DNA of 64,000 nt from Naegleria gruberi (taxonomy: Eukaryota). Made by a program: the position numbers and the translations under genes. The stretch lies in assembly GCA_000004985.1 (NCBI GenBank), contig GG738873.1, one strand, 5' to 3'. Numbering within the stretch: the stretch's first letter is position 1; each line of letters starts with the position of its first letter. The notes below the pieces were generated by a model that was not told the DNA's origin, ran no database searches, and saw only the letters and a program-made list of their open reading frames with translations. Below are positions 20,901 through 30,464 of the stretch, piece by piece.

Positions 20901-23900
20901 ATCAATTGTTGAATTAGATGCGTTACTTGAACTGGTTGAATTGTTAGAACTCTGAGAAGTATTAGATCCATTATTTGAACTGGTTGAATTGATAGAATTA
21001 TTAAATCCATTATTTGATTCAGTAGTATTGTTGGATGAATTTGAGCTATTGTGTGATAATGTAGAATTGTCAGACATTGAAGTAGTACCATTAACTTGAC
21101 TGGAATTATTGCCTGTTGGTGACGAATCGTCAATTGTACTGTTATTAGAATTATTAGAACTATTGGTATTACTATTTGAACTATTGGATACACTTGGATA
21201 TGAGTTATTCATTGAATTAGAGATGGTTGAATTATTAGTTTGTGAAGAAGTATTATTAGAAACTAGAATTGTACTATTTGAACCATAGTTGGTTTCATTG
21301 GTGGAATTAGAAGTATCATAATTGGAAGTTGAGTTATTCAAGACATTGGAGGAAAGATTTGATGAATTCTGAGAAGTGTTGTTACTATTAGTAAATGTTC
21401 CATTACTTGTATTGATAGTAGTAGAATTAGAAGTAATAGTAGAATAGTTTCCATTAGAATTAGTAATATTACTTGTAGAACTATTTGTAGAAATGTTACT
21501 AAAATTCAAAATATTAGATGAATTATTCGATAGCGATTCAGTTGTGGAATTGGATATCACACTTGATTGATTTGAATGACTACTTCCATTATTGATATTA
21601 CTTGTTGAATTAGTTGTGTCAATAATTGAATTATTACCACTACTTGTTGAATTATTTTGATTAATAGTACCATTTATACCATGATTATCAATAGAGGTAA
21701 TGTTTGATGAGTCAGAGTTGTTCAGCAATGAACTGTTACCATGAGAATTAGTTACATTAAATGTTCCATTACTTGAATTATTGACAGTAGAATTAGAGTT
21801 ATTTCCATTCGAATTAGAATTATTGGTAATGTTGGAAGAATAAATAATGGATCCATTTTGAACACTTGTTTGATTCTTGTTGAGAGTTTCATTAAAAACA
21901 TTGGTTGTGTTTGTAGCTCCATTACTTGTTGAATTATTTTGATTAATAGTACTATTTATACCATGATTATTTGTTGAATTGGAATTATAATTCCAGGTAG
22001 TATTATCATTACTTGAATTATTGAGAGTAGAATTAGTGAAATTAGAATAACTATTCGTTGTAGAACTATTGTAAGAAGAATTAATGGTCGAGTTAGACGT
22101 TGCATTATTGTTTGTGGAATTTTGAATCATTGTGTCATTACTCATTGATGTATAGTTATTAATAGTATTGCTACTATTTACATTAATTAGAGAGTTTGTA
22201 GAATTAATTGTTCCGTTTTGAATTGTTGTGGAGTTATGTCCTTCACTTTCTTGATTAGTATTGTTGGTATTAGTACTATTGGAAGAATAAATAATAGACC
22301 CATTTTGAACACTTGTTTGATTCTGGATGATAGTTTCATTAACAACATTGGTTGTGTTTGTAGAATTAACCGTTGCAGAATCAAGTGATGTATTGGACGA
22401 ACCACTTTGATTCTTAATAGTTTCGTTGTAATTACTCGTCTGATTAAGCGTTGAATTTGTTGAACTTTCGCTTGTGTTATTAAGACTTTCTGAACCAGTT
22501 AAATTTGATACCACCTGAGAAGTGTTTAAACCATCAGTTGATGTTTCATTAATACCAATAGTATAGTTTGAATCTTGAGTGCTATTTTTAAAATTGGTAG
22601 AAGAGGTAACATTCATAACTAGAGTTGAATTGAGTCCACTATTTGATGTATCATTTCTATTGTTTGAAATGGAAGTTTGATTACTTGAAACAGTATTATT
22701 ATTTTCAAGAGTTTGATTATTTGTCATGGCAGTGTTATTTGAAACAGTATTATTAGAACCTAATGTATCTACTATTCCTGTACTATTTGTTTCATTTTTT
22801 CCAAAGATTGTTTGGTTATTTGAAATGTTAGTTTGATTATTCAATGAGGTATTGTTTGATGAACTGATAGAGGTATTACCACCTAATTGATCTGTATTAT
22901 TTTGTAAAGTGCTAGAATTAAAGTTAATGGTGCTATTAGAAATGTTACTGCTATTTGATATAATTCCATTCGAAGAATTTGAATTCAAATATGAGGATGA
23001 ATTATTTTCAAGAGTTTGATTGTTTGTGATAGCAGTGTTATTTGAAACAGTAGTTCTGGATTCTCCTGTGCTATTTGTATCATTGTTTCCACTATCAGAG
23101 AAGGTTTCTGTGTTATTGTTTGAAGAAGTGTCATTTGTTGAATCGCTGCTTGTACAATTAGTAGAGCCAGTAGAGGTTCCTGAAAGTGAACTATTTGATG
23201 ATGTTGTGTTTTGAGAGCCCAATGTTGAATTGTTACTTGCTGTATTAGATACTGTCTGATTATTACTTCCTTCAGAATTTTTGTCCACATCATTGCTACC
23301 CTTACTAATGGAGGATTCATTAGTTTTAACTTGATATATAGCATCATCAAAATAGAGTGTTTTAGGGTTTGGCAATAAAACTGTGTTGATCTTTCTTTCA
23401 ACTGGTTCAATTAATTTATCAGAAGGTGTAAGTATACTTGAACCATCAGCTTGTGAAATAACTATAGCATTATCAGTTTGGTAAACTCTTGTAGAATTTT
23501 TTAAACTCATCTTTGTGTTATTATAATACATAGCTAGTTCAGTATCTGAGGAAGTCCCATTAACTACAACTGAATAGAAGAAAGATCCCTCTTCATTAAC
23601 CACTACAACACTTTCATCAAAACCATCAAAGATAAAGAAGTAAGGAATTGCATTTGGGTTATTTGCTATTTTAAATGATGAAACAGTGTTTGAACCTCCA
23701 GTTAATGATAATTTTTGAATGGTTTGAACTTGTGATTTACTCTCTTCGATAATTGGCATGTAAAATTCTAAAACACCATTCTTTCTAAGAAGAGGAGTAC
23801 CATATCTTATTTGCTCTGGTGTAAAGACACCTGGACAGTATGAATATCTAAATGGTACATTAAAGTCATTTGGGAGATAATAATAAACAATCAATTGATT

Positions 23901-26900
23901 TCCATCCAAAACTAACGCATAGAAGTCTTCTCCACTTGAAAGAATTCTCGATGTGGCGTTATTTGTTGGAATAGTGAGAGTCACATTTACAGGAACAGGG
24001 CTTGTGGGGTTTACAATAAATACATTAGGCACTGGTTCATCAATTAAGGAAGTATCAATAGTGATAATAGCCGTATCATTCATTTTCTGGGTTTTCACTA
24101 ACTTATCGAGAAAAGAATCTGTAGTGCCTGGCATTGGTCTAGAAATAGTCAATTCTGTAAGATTTTGTTTCTTGTAAGTGAAATAGTAGCCGCAAACACT
24201 AATTTTTCTTATAGTTAAAGTTAGTAAAAACTTGCTATTATACTTCTTTTCAAGATTGAGAACAAAATCTTCAAACTGACCATCGGGAGTACATATAACA
24301 CTTCCATTAGAACCAGTAGAGTTGGATGATCCATTTGAGTTGTAATATGTTGTTGTGTTGGAACTTTTTGAATTGTCTACGTAACTCGAATTGTTTGTTG
24401 AGTCAAGATGAATAGGTGTGTTGCCACATGTTGTACAATTAGTTATTGTTGTATTGTCATATGTACAATTAGTAGTTGTGTTGTCAAATGTTGTACAATT
24501 AGTAGTATTATCATTGGCAACAGGAGGAATCTTAATAACATATTTTTCACTATCATAAAAATAGTAGGAAGGAGGTGGCAAGTCTGGTGATTTCTTTTCG
24601 TTGGATGATAGATCACTTGGGGAAATAAATAATATTTGGCTAGTTTGAAATGCATAAACAGTAACGAACTCGTTATAGTAAATACCAATGGATATATCTG
24701 TTTGGAATGCGGTAAGTAAATATCTTTCTGTAGCAAATGAAAAATGTTCCCAAGGCCAAGGGATTGTTGCCAATTTACGTACTTCGAAAATCTGAGATAG
24801 AGAGTAGACATTAATGCCCTTTTCACTGTATGTAATTATTCTTTCCTCTGTACCATTAAAAATTGAGAAATATGGTATTATCTGTGGATCATTGGATATT
24901 GTAAAAAAATCCAATTTTTCATCATATTGATTCAAGGATAGAATAAGAATAGTTTGATTTGATCCTTCCTCGATAATTGGCATGTATACATTGATTGTGC
25001 CGTCACTTCGTACTATAGGTTGTCCGTATCTTATTAGGTCTGGAGTGAACAGTGTATTACTAATTGAGGAAGATTTGTATTTCTGCTTATCTGAGTTAAA
25101 TCTTTCTATTAATAGATTGTTGTCATTCAAATTCAATACAAAATACTGAAGACCGTTGCTTAGTAACCTTAATGATCTTGGAGAGTTTGTTGGACCTCCA
25201 GTGGTTAAATAGTTTTGAAGATGTAATTCTTGTAGAGACCAGATTCCTATTGGAGAAATAGATGAAATGTAAAAGACAGGTTGTGTAGATAGGTCATAAC
25301 TTGCCCATGACTGATCAACGGTAACCAATAGTGAGCCTTTGAATACCTGGTATGTAATGAGCTTATCCTTAAATGACTCATAAGAAACAGGATTGTTTTT
25401 AAATTTGGAAAGTCTTTTTTGCTCTGAGCTACTGGTTTTTTTTGAAGAACTGGTAGTAAAATTAATAACAATAGGTTCCATTGTGTAACTAAGGTCAGCC
25501 TCAAAATTTGTTTTAAGCCCAATATAACCACCCAAAAGGACTACTGTTGTATCTATTATCTGACATGAAACACCATAATATGGTGTCTTACATTTACATT
25601 TTTCCGTAATCTCATCACAATAACCATTTCCACTACAAACCAGAGAACTGTTTCCACTAATTCCCCTGCATGTTACCTCGTAGTCACACTTATCGCCTTT
25701 AAAAAACTTATAACAATTGCAGGTATCGTTTTTCGTGCACGAACCATGGCCACTACAAACTGTTGGATCAGCTGATTCTTTCCCAAAACACATTACAATG
25801 GGTTTGTTGAATATTTCTGACGGGGTGGAATATTTTGGAGAGTATTTCAAACCACCTAATGATCCAATAAATTGCCACAAAAACCCATCCTTGAAATTTC
25901 TTCCAATAGAAGCACTTTGAACTACTTTGTCAACAGTTGCGTTGGCTGAAAGAGTTATATTAGTGGATAAATAGCCTTGGTAGCTATAAACACGAGTCTC
26001 GAAAGTGTCAGTACCGTCCATATTTTGGTTTCTAGTAATCGTTACTTGATATGTACTGTTGACTTTAAGGTTTGGATCCAAAACCATACTTTTTCCTTCT
26101 GCAATAGGTGACAAATCCACAACCAAAAACTTTTCTGAGCTAATGAAAACTTTGAATCGGTTTACATAATCAAAAAGGGTCATAGCAGATTCAAGTGACA
26201 ACGGAGAAAAGTAGAAATTGAATGTAAACTCACCACTAAGTAGCAAGTAAATATTTGGATCCGTAATTGAGCAATACGAGTCTTCAGAAAGGGAAACAGA
26301 GAAGTCATTATCAAGGCCAGGAGTGAGCTTTACATTTTCACAAGGAAAAGAAGCACCAGTAAGTTTGTCAACCAGATACAACTTAACTGGCTCTCCCTTA
26401 TAAGAATCGCTTGCTGAAGAAGGTACGCTAAAATATGAGCTGTGAGCTGGAACTCCGTAATAAATGGCTTGCCCTATTCGAAATGATTCAGATTGGCAGC
26501 TTACATCGTTGAAAAAATCAATAATATTAGAACAAAAAGGACCATCATGCAAGTAACTGTACATAAGTAGAGTCTCCTTAGTATAATCTAATTTGTTGTC
26601 TAACATATCGTAACAATAACCGTCCTGTTTCATATTACAAAAATTACCCACTCTAGATCTTGTCGAGGTTGGTTTACATTCACTATCTGGTGAATCGCCA
26701 GTGTTTTCACATTGGCAAACATCTTGATCAGTACAAGTTCCTTTTCCGCTACACACTCCAGGCTCATCAGCAAAAATACCAAAACATGATTTTTGAGAGC
26801 TAGTCTGTAAAATAAGTGACAACTTTTCAATTTGAACATGTGGCTCTATGACAAACATGCTTGAGTTACTAATGAAATTTACAAACGAATCCAAAGAGGA

Positions 26901-27473
26901 GAATGAATTAATACGAGAATTAATGTATCCATTAAGATTCAAATACACGCTGTTCTGATAAATAGTTACTTCCAAATAATTATTAAAACTACCAGAGACG
27001 GACTCGATGGATATCCACTCATTACCATTAAATAAACTCAGGACAATTTTGAAATTGGCCATATCAATTTTTAAAACTGGATTTGATAAAACTGAACAAT
27101 CTCCATCTGAGGTTGTAAAGTTCAATGCAAAAGTCTCTGCCTTAATAATGTTCAACATGTCAATATTTGATGATATTACAATTCCTCCATTACTCGCAGT
27201 ATCATTTCTTAGATATTTACTTTCAACATTTCCATTATTATAGTTCAATCTGTTCCATATCCAAGACTGAACATCCAAATCAAATTTGTAATATATGTTT
27301 CCAGTAGAAGCGCCTTCAACAACACTCAAATTTCCCAATAACATTAAGGCTTGTAAACAGCACAATGTCATAATGATCAGCAGCAAACCACCATTCCTAT
27401 TCGCATGCCAACGCGATGAAGAGTTAATTTCATCTCCTCGCATTGTTGAAACATGCAACTGTTGGCTTTTCAT
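17928..27473 (-). CDS. Giant type I membrane glycoprotein, about 3180 aa and apparently intronless. It has a signal peptide, scattered EGF-like Cys modules, an internally duplicated domain of about 110 aa, an Asn/Ser/Thr sequon-saturated region of about 900 aa, and one TM helix. Its short cytoplasmic tail is conserved with the giant gene at 48788-64000
   Basis: First ATG at 27473 ('MKSQQLHVSTMRGDEINSSSRWHANRNGGLLLIIMTLCCLQALMLLGNLSVVEGA'). EGF-like 'CFGVEQTSNLTCFGNGICISNDTCSCLENYIGLNCSIPVCFG...'. TM 'IVGGSIGLLLVVAFCATLVAGVGWYFI'. Tail 'RRKKKNNVGKYVFYDNN...LQDLFEKINT...TTTT..DAEEDDIGDFITRGVSYNTWV'. Confidence 0.8.
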   Translation of the reverse strand: MKSQQLHVSTMRGDEINSSSRWHANRNGGLLLIIMTLCCLQALMLLGNLSVVEGASTGNIYYKFDLDVQSWIWNRLNYNNGNVESKYLRNDTASNGGIVISSNIDMLNIIKAETFALNFTTSDGDCSVLSNPVLKIDMANFKIVLSLFNGNEWISIESVSGSFNNYLEVTIYQNSVYLNLNGYINSRINSFSSLDSFVNFISNSSMFVIEPHVQIEKLSLILQTSSQKSCFGIFADEPGVCSGKGTCTDQDVCQCENTGDSPDSECKPTSTRSRVGNFCNMKQDGYCYDMLDNKLDYTKETLLMYSYLHDGPFCSNIIDFFNDVSCQSESFRIGQAIYYGVPAHSSYFSVPSSASDSYKGEPVKLYLVDKLTGASFPCENVKLTPGLDNDFSVSLSEDSYCSITDPNIYLLLSGEFTFNFYFSPLSLESAMTLFDYVNRFKVFISSEKFLVVDLSPIAEGKSMVLDPNLKVNSTYQVTITRNQNMDGTDTFETRVYSYQGYLSTNITLSANATVDKVVQSASIGRNFKDGFLWQFIGSLGGLKYSPKYSTPSEIFNKPIVMCFGKESADPTVCSGHGSCTKNDTCNCYKFFKGDKCDYEVTCRGISGNSSLVCSGNGYCDEITEKCKCKTPYYGVSCQIIDTTVVLLGGYIGLKTNFEADLSYTMEPIVINFTTSSSKKTSSSEQKRLSKFKNNPVSYESFKDKLITYQVFKGSLLVTVDQSWASYDLSTQPVFYISSISPIGIWSLQELHLQNYLTTGGPTNSPRSLRLLSNGLQYFVLNLNDNNLLIERFNSDKQKYKSSSISNTLFTPDLIRYGQPIVRSDGTINVYMPIIEEGSNQTILILSLNQYDEKLDFFTISNDPQIIPYFSIFNGTEERIITYSEKGINVYSLSQIFEVRKLATIPWPWEHFSFATERYLLTAFQTDISIGIYYNEFVTVYAFQTSQILFISPSDLSSNEKKSPDLPPPSYYFYDSEKYVIKIPPVANDNTTNCTTFDNTTTNCTYDNTTITNCTTCGNTPIHLDSTNNSSYVDNSKSSNTTTYYNSNGSSNSTGSNGSVICTPDGQFEDFVLNLEKKYNSKFLLTLTIRKISVCGYYFTYKKQNLTELTISRPMPGTTDSFLDKLVKTQKMNDTAIITIDTSLIDEPVPNVFIVNPTSPVPVNVTLTIPTNNATSRILSSGEDFYALVLDGNQLIVYYYLPNDFNVPFRYSYCPGVFTPEQIRYGTPLLRKNGVLEFYMPIIEESKSQVQTIQKLSLTGGSNTVSSFKIANNPNAIPYFFIFDGFDESVVVVNEEGSFFYSVVVNGTSSDTELAMYYNNTKMSLKNSTRVYQTDNAIVISQADGSSILTPSDKLIEPVERKINTVLLPNPKTLYFDDAIYQVKTNESSISKGSNDVDKNSEGSNNQTVSNTASNNSTLGSQNTTSSNSSLSGTSTGSTNCTSSDSTNDTSSNNNTETFSDSGNNDTNSTGESRTTVSNNTAITNNQTLENNSSSYLNSNSSNGIISNSSNISNSTINFNSSTLQNNTDQLGGNTSISSSNNTSLNNQTNISNNQTIFGKNETNSTGIVDTLGSNNTVSNNTAMTNNQTLENNNTVSSNQTSISNNRNDTSNSGLNSTLVMNVTSSTNFKNSTQDSNYTIGINETSTDGLNTSQVVSNLTGSESLNNTSESSTNSTLNQTSNYNETIKNQSGSSNTSLDSATVNSTNTTNVVNETIIQNQTSVQNGSIIYSSNSTNTNNTNQESEGHNSTTIQNGTINSTNSLINVNSSNTINNYTSMSNDTMIQNSTNNNATSNSTINSSYNSSTTNSYSNFTNSTLNNSSNDNTTWNYNSNSTNNHGINSTINQNNSTSNGATNTTNVFNETLNKNQTSVQNGSIIYSSNITNNSNSNGNNSNSTVNNSSNGTFNVTNSHGNSSLLNNSDSSNITSIDNHGINGTINQNNSTSSGNNSIIDTTNSTSNINNGSSHSNQSSVISNSTTESLSNNSSNILNFSNISTNSSTSNITNSNGNYSTITSNSTTINTSNGTFTNSNNTSQNSSNLSSNVLNNSTSNYDTSNSTNETNYGSNSTILVSNNTSSQTNNSTISNSMNNSYPSVSNSSNSNTNSSNNSNNSTIDDSSPTGNNSSQVNGTTSMSDNSTLSHNSSNSSNNTTESNNGFNNSINSTSSNNGSNTSQSSNNSTSSSNASNSTIDSNHFTPNETLNTTTPTSNSGNNDPTAPSIPKTYCFGVEQTSNLTCFGNGICISNDTCSCLENYIGLNCSIPVCFGTPGINSSVCGGNGKCIEGNLCKCHDGFTGQLCQYQTTTELCKGSFVPAEQITVIDSNIYLQKSLMDTVCGKSLILQSTTLLEGIPSNVTNSNLLKYYTITTDVNTESGDKFLTFDTLLYKSKIPNSLIIWKIDKFSNATQMIIPIINTMDNATYGLVKIIDNPNGDLLGITLKDNSTNVTILEIDTSSKEANISSVFDKGPISFTDIDKGNQVFNPSTNTTTFTFFKEGTSNSSLLVSVNIEAPNETPKEIVIPQSTQKYFTLVLYDHPDQYLLSSDQQTTTISTIVPDIDSSSPEFNELASDSNFVVNKNDLVVLTKDTEKITVTNVNTDVSLIIAVSQLTPDSSVFDQSTQLTKFQPIAYINNDQSEATVLSIRKIYPLYVPVTGSIPIYLEGNYVLPGTRPYLILKYDPLNLILARLPVQTSGSRTRTTFKPFVNAKDLISNFPQDLVMKDSFKVSVQIELISETSDPIPISTDTELTLYRFDLLKVLPKQAYFGDRILAMATFFPPTNNVNLFIRQQYSTEETQIACTVLNSTFCSAKLPLLGTSDSIMNIRAALIQDSISSNYDTKLFIRYVDPEVVKVTSLDKFDTSISPPEDIPDQDTTPPIIQRQETTETVQPPLIIKMNIGKLNKSKCTDKPIRQVVASSDLHDISNIVSLDFKLSPFSNIENGNLIEFWISKKNNGTFFGGLSFENGKQVLSGGELSSGMKSSASCLFSSGVSYRISMKLTEKGTKWELKNINLDMIDCSLNFVSDNSKILAKPTGYQFGIGQAFSCAQLLSGISQIPELTVSSMMEVCVTCAKSDFSLTQIDYLPYIVGGSIGLLLVVAFCATLVAGVGWYFIRRKKKNNVGKYVFYDNNTSRDSTLQDLFEKINTNSSIDSTPTTTTEDFNMDAEEDDIGDFITRGVSYNTWV
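20800..23300. repeat. Low-complexity coding DNA inside gene 17928-27473, encoding about 850 aa of near-continuous N-x-S/T sequons (Asn about 30%, Ser about 30%, Thr about 15%) with internal imperfect tandem repeats
   Basis: The translated segment 'NSTNNNATSNSTINSSYNSSTTNSYSNFTNSTLNNSSNDNTTWNYNSNSTNN...' shows recurring units such as 'NQTSVQNGSIIYSSN(I/S)TN'. Confidence 0.8.
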
Positions 27474-28961
27474 CTTGTGGCGCGACAACGGTTTATCTAC
27501 AGTTGAAGTGTTGGTTGTTCTTTTCTGTATAGTTTGTTATGAGAATTTTTTAAAAGGTGATATTGATTTTTTGGGTTGATATTTGGGTCTCTGTTCAGAC
27601 ATGTTTGAGCGCACTAAGGTGATGGATCACCGAGATCTGGAAAGATACTAAGCGCGAGCCTTATCATGCGTGGATTTTGGTGTGAGGCTCAACAAACTCT
27701 TTCAATTGCTGCATTGTTGTGAATGGTCTAGAATGATAACGTCCACTTCAAAAAAGGTCTATTCATTACAGTGATTACCGTAAATTGAGACACAAATCCT
27801 CACGCAACAACTGTTGCACATCAGCTAATAGCAGCAATACATTTTGATTCAATGGAGAATATTTAAAATTATGATGAATTTGATTTGATCCGAGGGATCA
27901 CGTTGCAGTTTCTCAATTTTTTCATCTAATAATATTTCCATGTGAATACTTTCAATGATGATTTTGTTGATGATCTTTAATCCTATTGTTGCTCTCTTAA
28001 GTCAGCTCATTCAATGAAATTAATGCTCATCTAGATAGATTATTACAATTTTTTCATCTTTAATTCTTTACATCAAAATATTTGACGATTTTTTGATATG
28101 GAAAGAAAAGTGATGAGTGAAATTTGATGATTTTAAAAAAATATTTTAACAAGAAAAATTTCATCAAATTCGCAACATGTTTCATCATGGATGATTTTCA
28201 AAGGCAATTCTTCATCACTTCCAAAACCATTTTCAACACAACATGATACGATCATTTGGAATGTATAGAAATTAATTTTATTAAATTTCAACATGAATTT
28301 CAAATTTTAAAAGGCAATGATTAAATTGATGGCGAGTCTTGTTCAATTGGAGAGGTAAAATTCACTTTATTGAATGATAATCATCAGAAATATAACAAGT
28401 AAATGGATGCCATTCTTTTACTTGAAATAGAATTTCATCAATTTATTAATTTTAATATTTTCATCATGAAAAACATCAGACAAGACAATAAGAAGACGAT
28501 GGGCATGTTCTAAATGTTCATTAACATCACCTCAGAAAGTTTCAAAACTTTCCATCAAGCACATGTAGAGTTGGAGAAGATAAAGTAAAATTTAATTTCA
28601 TCAAAGTGAAAAACACTTTTTGGTAAACCTGTTCAATTTCAAGAGGAGGCACAAGATTTGTTATTGTACCACATCATAAAGAATGTTTTGCCAATGTTTT
28701 TCGATTATTTTCCAGAGATGATAAAGTTGAATTTTCACATGCTTCCAAACATTATTCATTCATTATTTACTTGATAAATCTTCATCAGGACAATAATAAA
28801 TACATCACTTGGATGTTATCTAACATTACTATTCATCTCATTGTTTCACTCCAAAAGTTTTCCAAGATATCCAACAATCCTCCCAACAAGAATATTTTAC
28901 CATCATATTTCCAGCAAAGAGTTGTATGAATTTGATTTGTCTTTCACATTTTGATAAGAAT

Positions 28962-29080
28962 GGCTACGGCCATATCACGATGAATGCACCTCATCCCGTC
29001 CGATTTGAGAAGTTAAGCACCGTCGAGCCACATCAGTACTGAGGTTGGAGACAACTTGGGAACCTGTGGTGCTGTAGTCT
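28962..29080 (+). rRNA. 5S ribosomal RNA gene (about 119 nt), apparently intact
   Basis: 'GGCTACGGCCATATCACGATGAATGCACCTCATCCCGTCCGATTTGAGAAGTTAAGCACCGTCGAGCCACATCAGTACTGAGGTTGGAGACAACTTGGGAACCTGTGGTGCTGTAGTC'. Helix I pairs 5' GGCUACGGC with 3' GCUGUAGUC. The conserved 3' half 'GGTTGGAGACAAC..GGGAAC...GGTGCTGTA' closely resembles Dictyostelium 5S. Confidence 0.9.
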
Positions 29081-29085
29081 TTTTT
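29080..29085 (+). terminator. Pol III terminator T-run immediately 3' of the 5S gene
   Basis: 'tttttt' directly after '...gctgtagtc'. Confidence 0.7.
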
Positions 29086-29384
29086 GAAATCTTTCTCTTC
29101 TAAATAGATCAAATTCAAAGGAGATAAACAGATGGTCAGGTTGCAATCTTTTCTAAACAATAACTTACTGAACCAACAATCAATAGATTAGTTGCCTTCA
29201 CTGTTCATACAGTCGCCATATTCCTGGCAGGCTTCCCGTCCAATTAAAAGCTTAGTTTAAGCAGAAATAGAGAGAAACTCTCTAACCCTTAAAACCACAA
29301 AAAAGCAACTAAATAATGTTAAATTTAAAAGCAAAATTGATTTAAAAATTTATTCTTTTTAAGGAAATTTGATTTGTTTTTCAA

Positions 29385-29810
29385 TTATTTACGCTTGTAG
29401 ATATCAACTTTCTTATTCTTTCCACCTCGTCTATTCTTTCTATTTTTCTTTCTATAAGTATCAATTCTTCTCTTATTAAATCTTCTCTTCTTTCCATAAA
29501 CATCAATCTTCTTTCTAATAATTCTCTTCTTTCCAAATCTCTTCCATCCTCTTCTCTTTCTTCCATAGGTGTACTTGTTGAGCTTTCTATTGTTCTTTCT
29601 CTTCTTTAATCTGTATTTCTTGAGATTTCTCTTCTTGTTATTATTCTTTCTAATGTACAAGGAAAGTGTTGAGGCAGCAGTTGTTGCTTCTTCTGCAGAA
29701 ACTCCTGAAGTGAAGGAAAGTGCAAGAATGGCCAAAGTCAAGGCAATCAACAAGATTGAAATGAATCTTTTCATTGTTTTTTTGAGTGTTTTGTTCAAGA
29801 AGTGAAACAT
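29385..29810 (-). CDS. Secreted, extremely basic (Lys/Arg-rich) tandem-repeat peptide of about 130-141 aa. It has a signal peptide followed by four or more repeats of about 11 residues of the form x-D-x-Y-(G/R)-(R/K)-K-(R/N)-R. The real start is probably the second ATG at 29774
   Basis: 'MKRFISILLIALTLAILALSFTSGVSAEEATTAAS...YRLKKRKNNRKLNKYTYGRKRRGWKRFGKKRIIRKKIDVYGKKRRFNKRRIDTYRKKNRKNRRGGKNKKVDIYKRK'. The reading frame and most of the sequence are conserved in the diverged left-arm copy. An overlapping E/R-rich frame (29381-29566) lacks a signal peptide. Confidence 0.5.
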   Translation of the reverse strand: MFHFLNKTLKKTMKRFISILLIALTLAILALSFTSGVSAEEATTAASTLSLYIRKNNNKKRNLKKYRLKKRKNNRKLNKYTYGRKRRGWKRFGKKRIIRKKIDVYGKKRRFNKRRIDTYRKKNRKNRRGGKNKKVDIYKRK

Positions 29811-30464
29811 GTTTCAGTATTTAAAGATTTGAAAAGATATTAAATAGTTTGGGTATTATTTGAAAAGAATGGTAATATTAGTATTACCATTTTTTTGGTA
29901 TGATTGAAGATGAATGATTTTCCAAAAAGAGAGTAGCCACAGATTTTGGACATTGTACATTTGGTCTTTGTTAATCAGTGCGGATAATTGAACAAGAACA
30001 GAATGAAAGAACTTCAATGGTTGGATTGTGCACAAAGATGTGGAATATCTTGAAATGAAAAATTCCAATGTTTAAAGAATTAGAAATACGGCTGGTTACA
30101 AAAAAACTCTATTGTTTATAAATCTCTATTCAACGATTGTTTTGTATTGAGAAGAATGTCTGGCTAAGAAGTCTGAAATAATCTGAATCAGGTGTTGAAT
30201 TCACACTTTTCTTGAGTGCCTCCAAAATATATTCCCACAGTAAGAATAACGTAGTCTTTTTAAAGGACCCACCATCAATCTGTTTTCCTTCTAAAATATT
30301 CCAAATATTCAAAAAATTGGAGAAAACTAATCCGAGGCTATTTTCTCAGTGAATACACACTATCACCCTACCATTCGATAATAAATGATGATAGACTTCA
30401 ATTACTATCATAAAATATATAAATATATAAAAGTGGACAAGTGGTAAAAATAATAATTAAAAGC

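Larger units (their letters stand above)
27900..29577. repeat. Right arm of the diverged inverted repeat (partner 3283-5060). It carries the intact 5S rRNA gene and the full-length polycationic peptide gene
   Basis: See the left arm entry; arm orientation is inverted, so the 5S and peptide genes are mirror images across the 23 kb spacer. Confidence 0.85.

Noticed and set aside
24400-24545. Short 39-bp tandem repeats ('ttgtacaattagtagt...') as a possible minisatellite or CRISPR-like array
   Set aside because: They are in-frame coding repeats ('TNCTTFDNTTTNCTYDNTTITNCTTCGN') inside gene 17928-27473. This is a eukaryotic locus with no CRISPR features.
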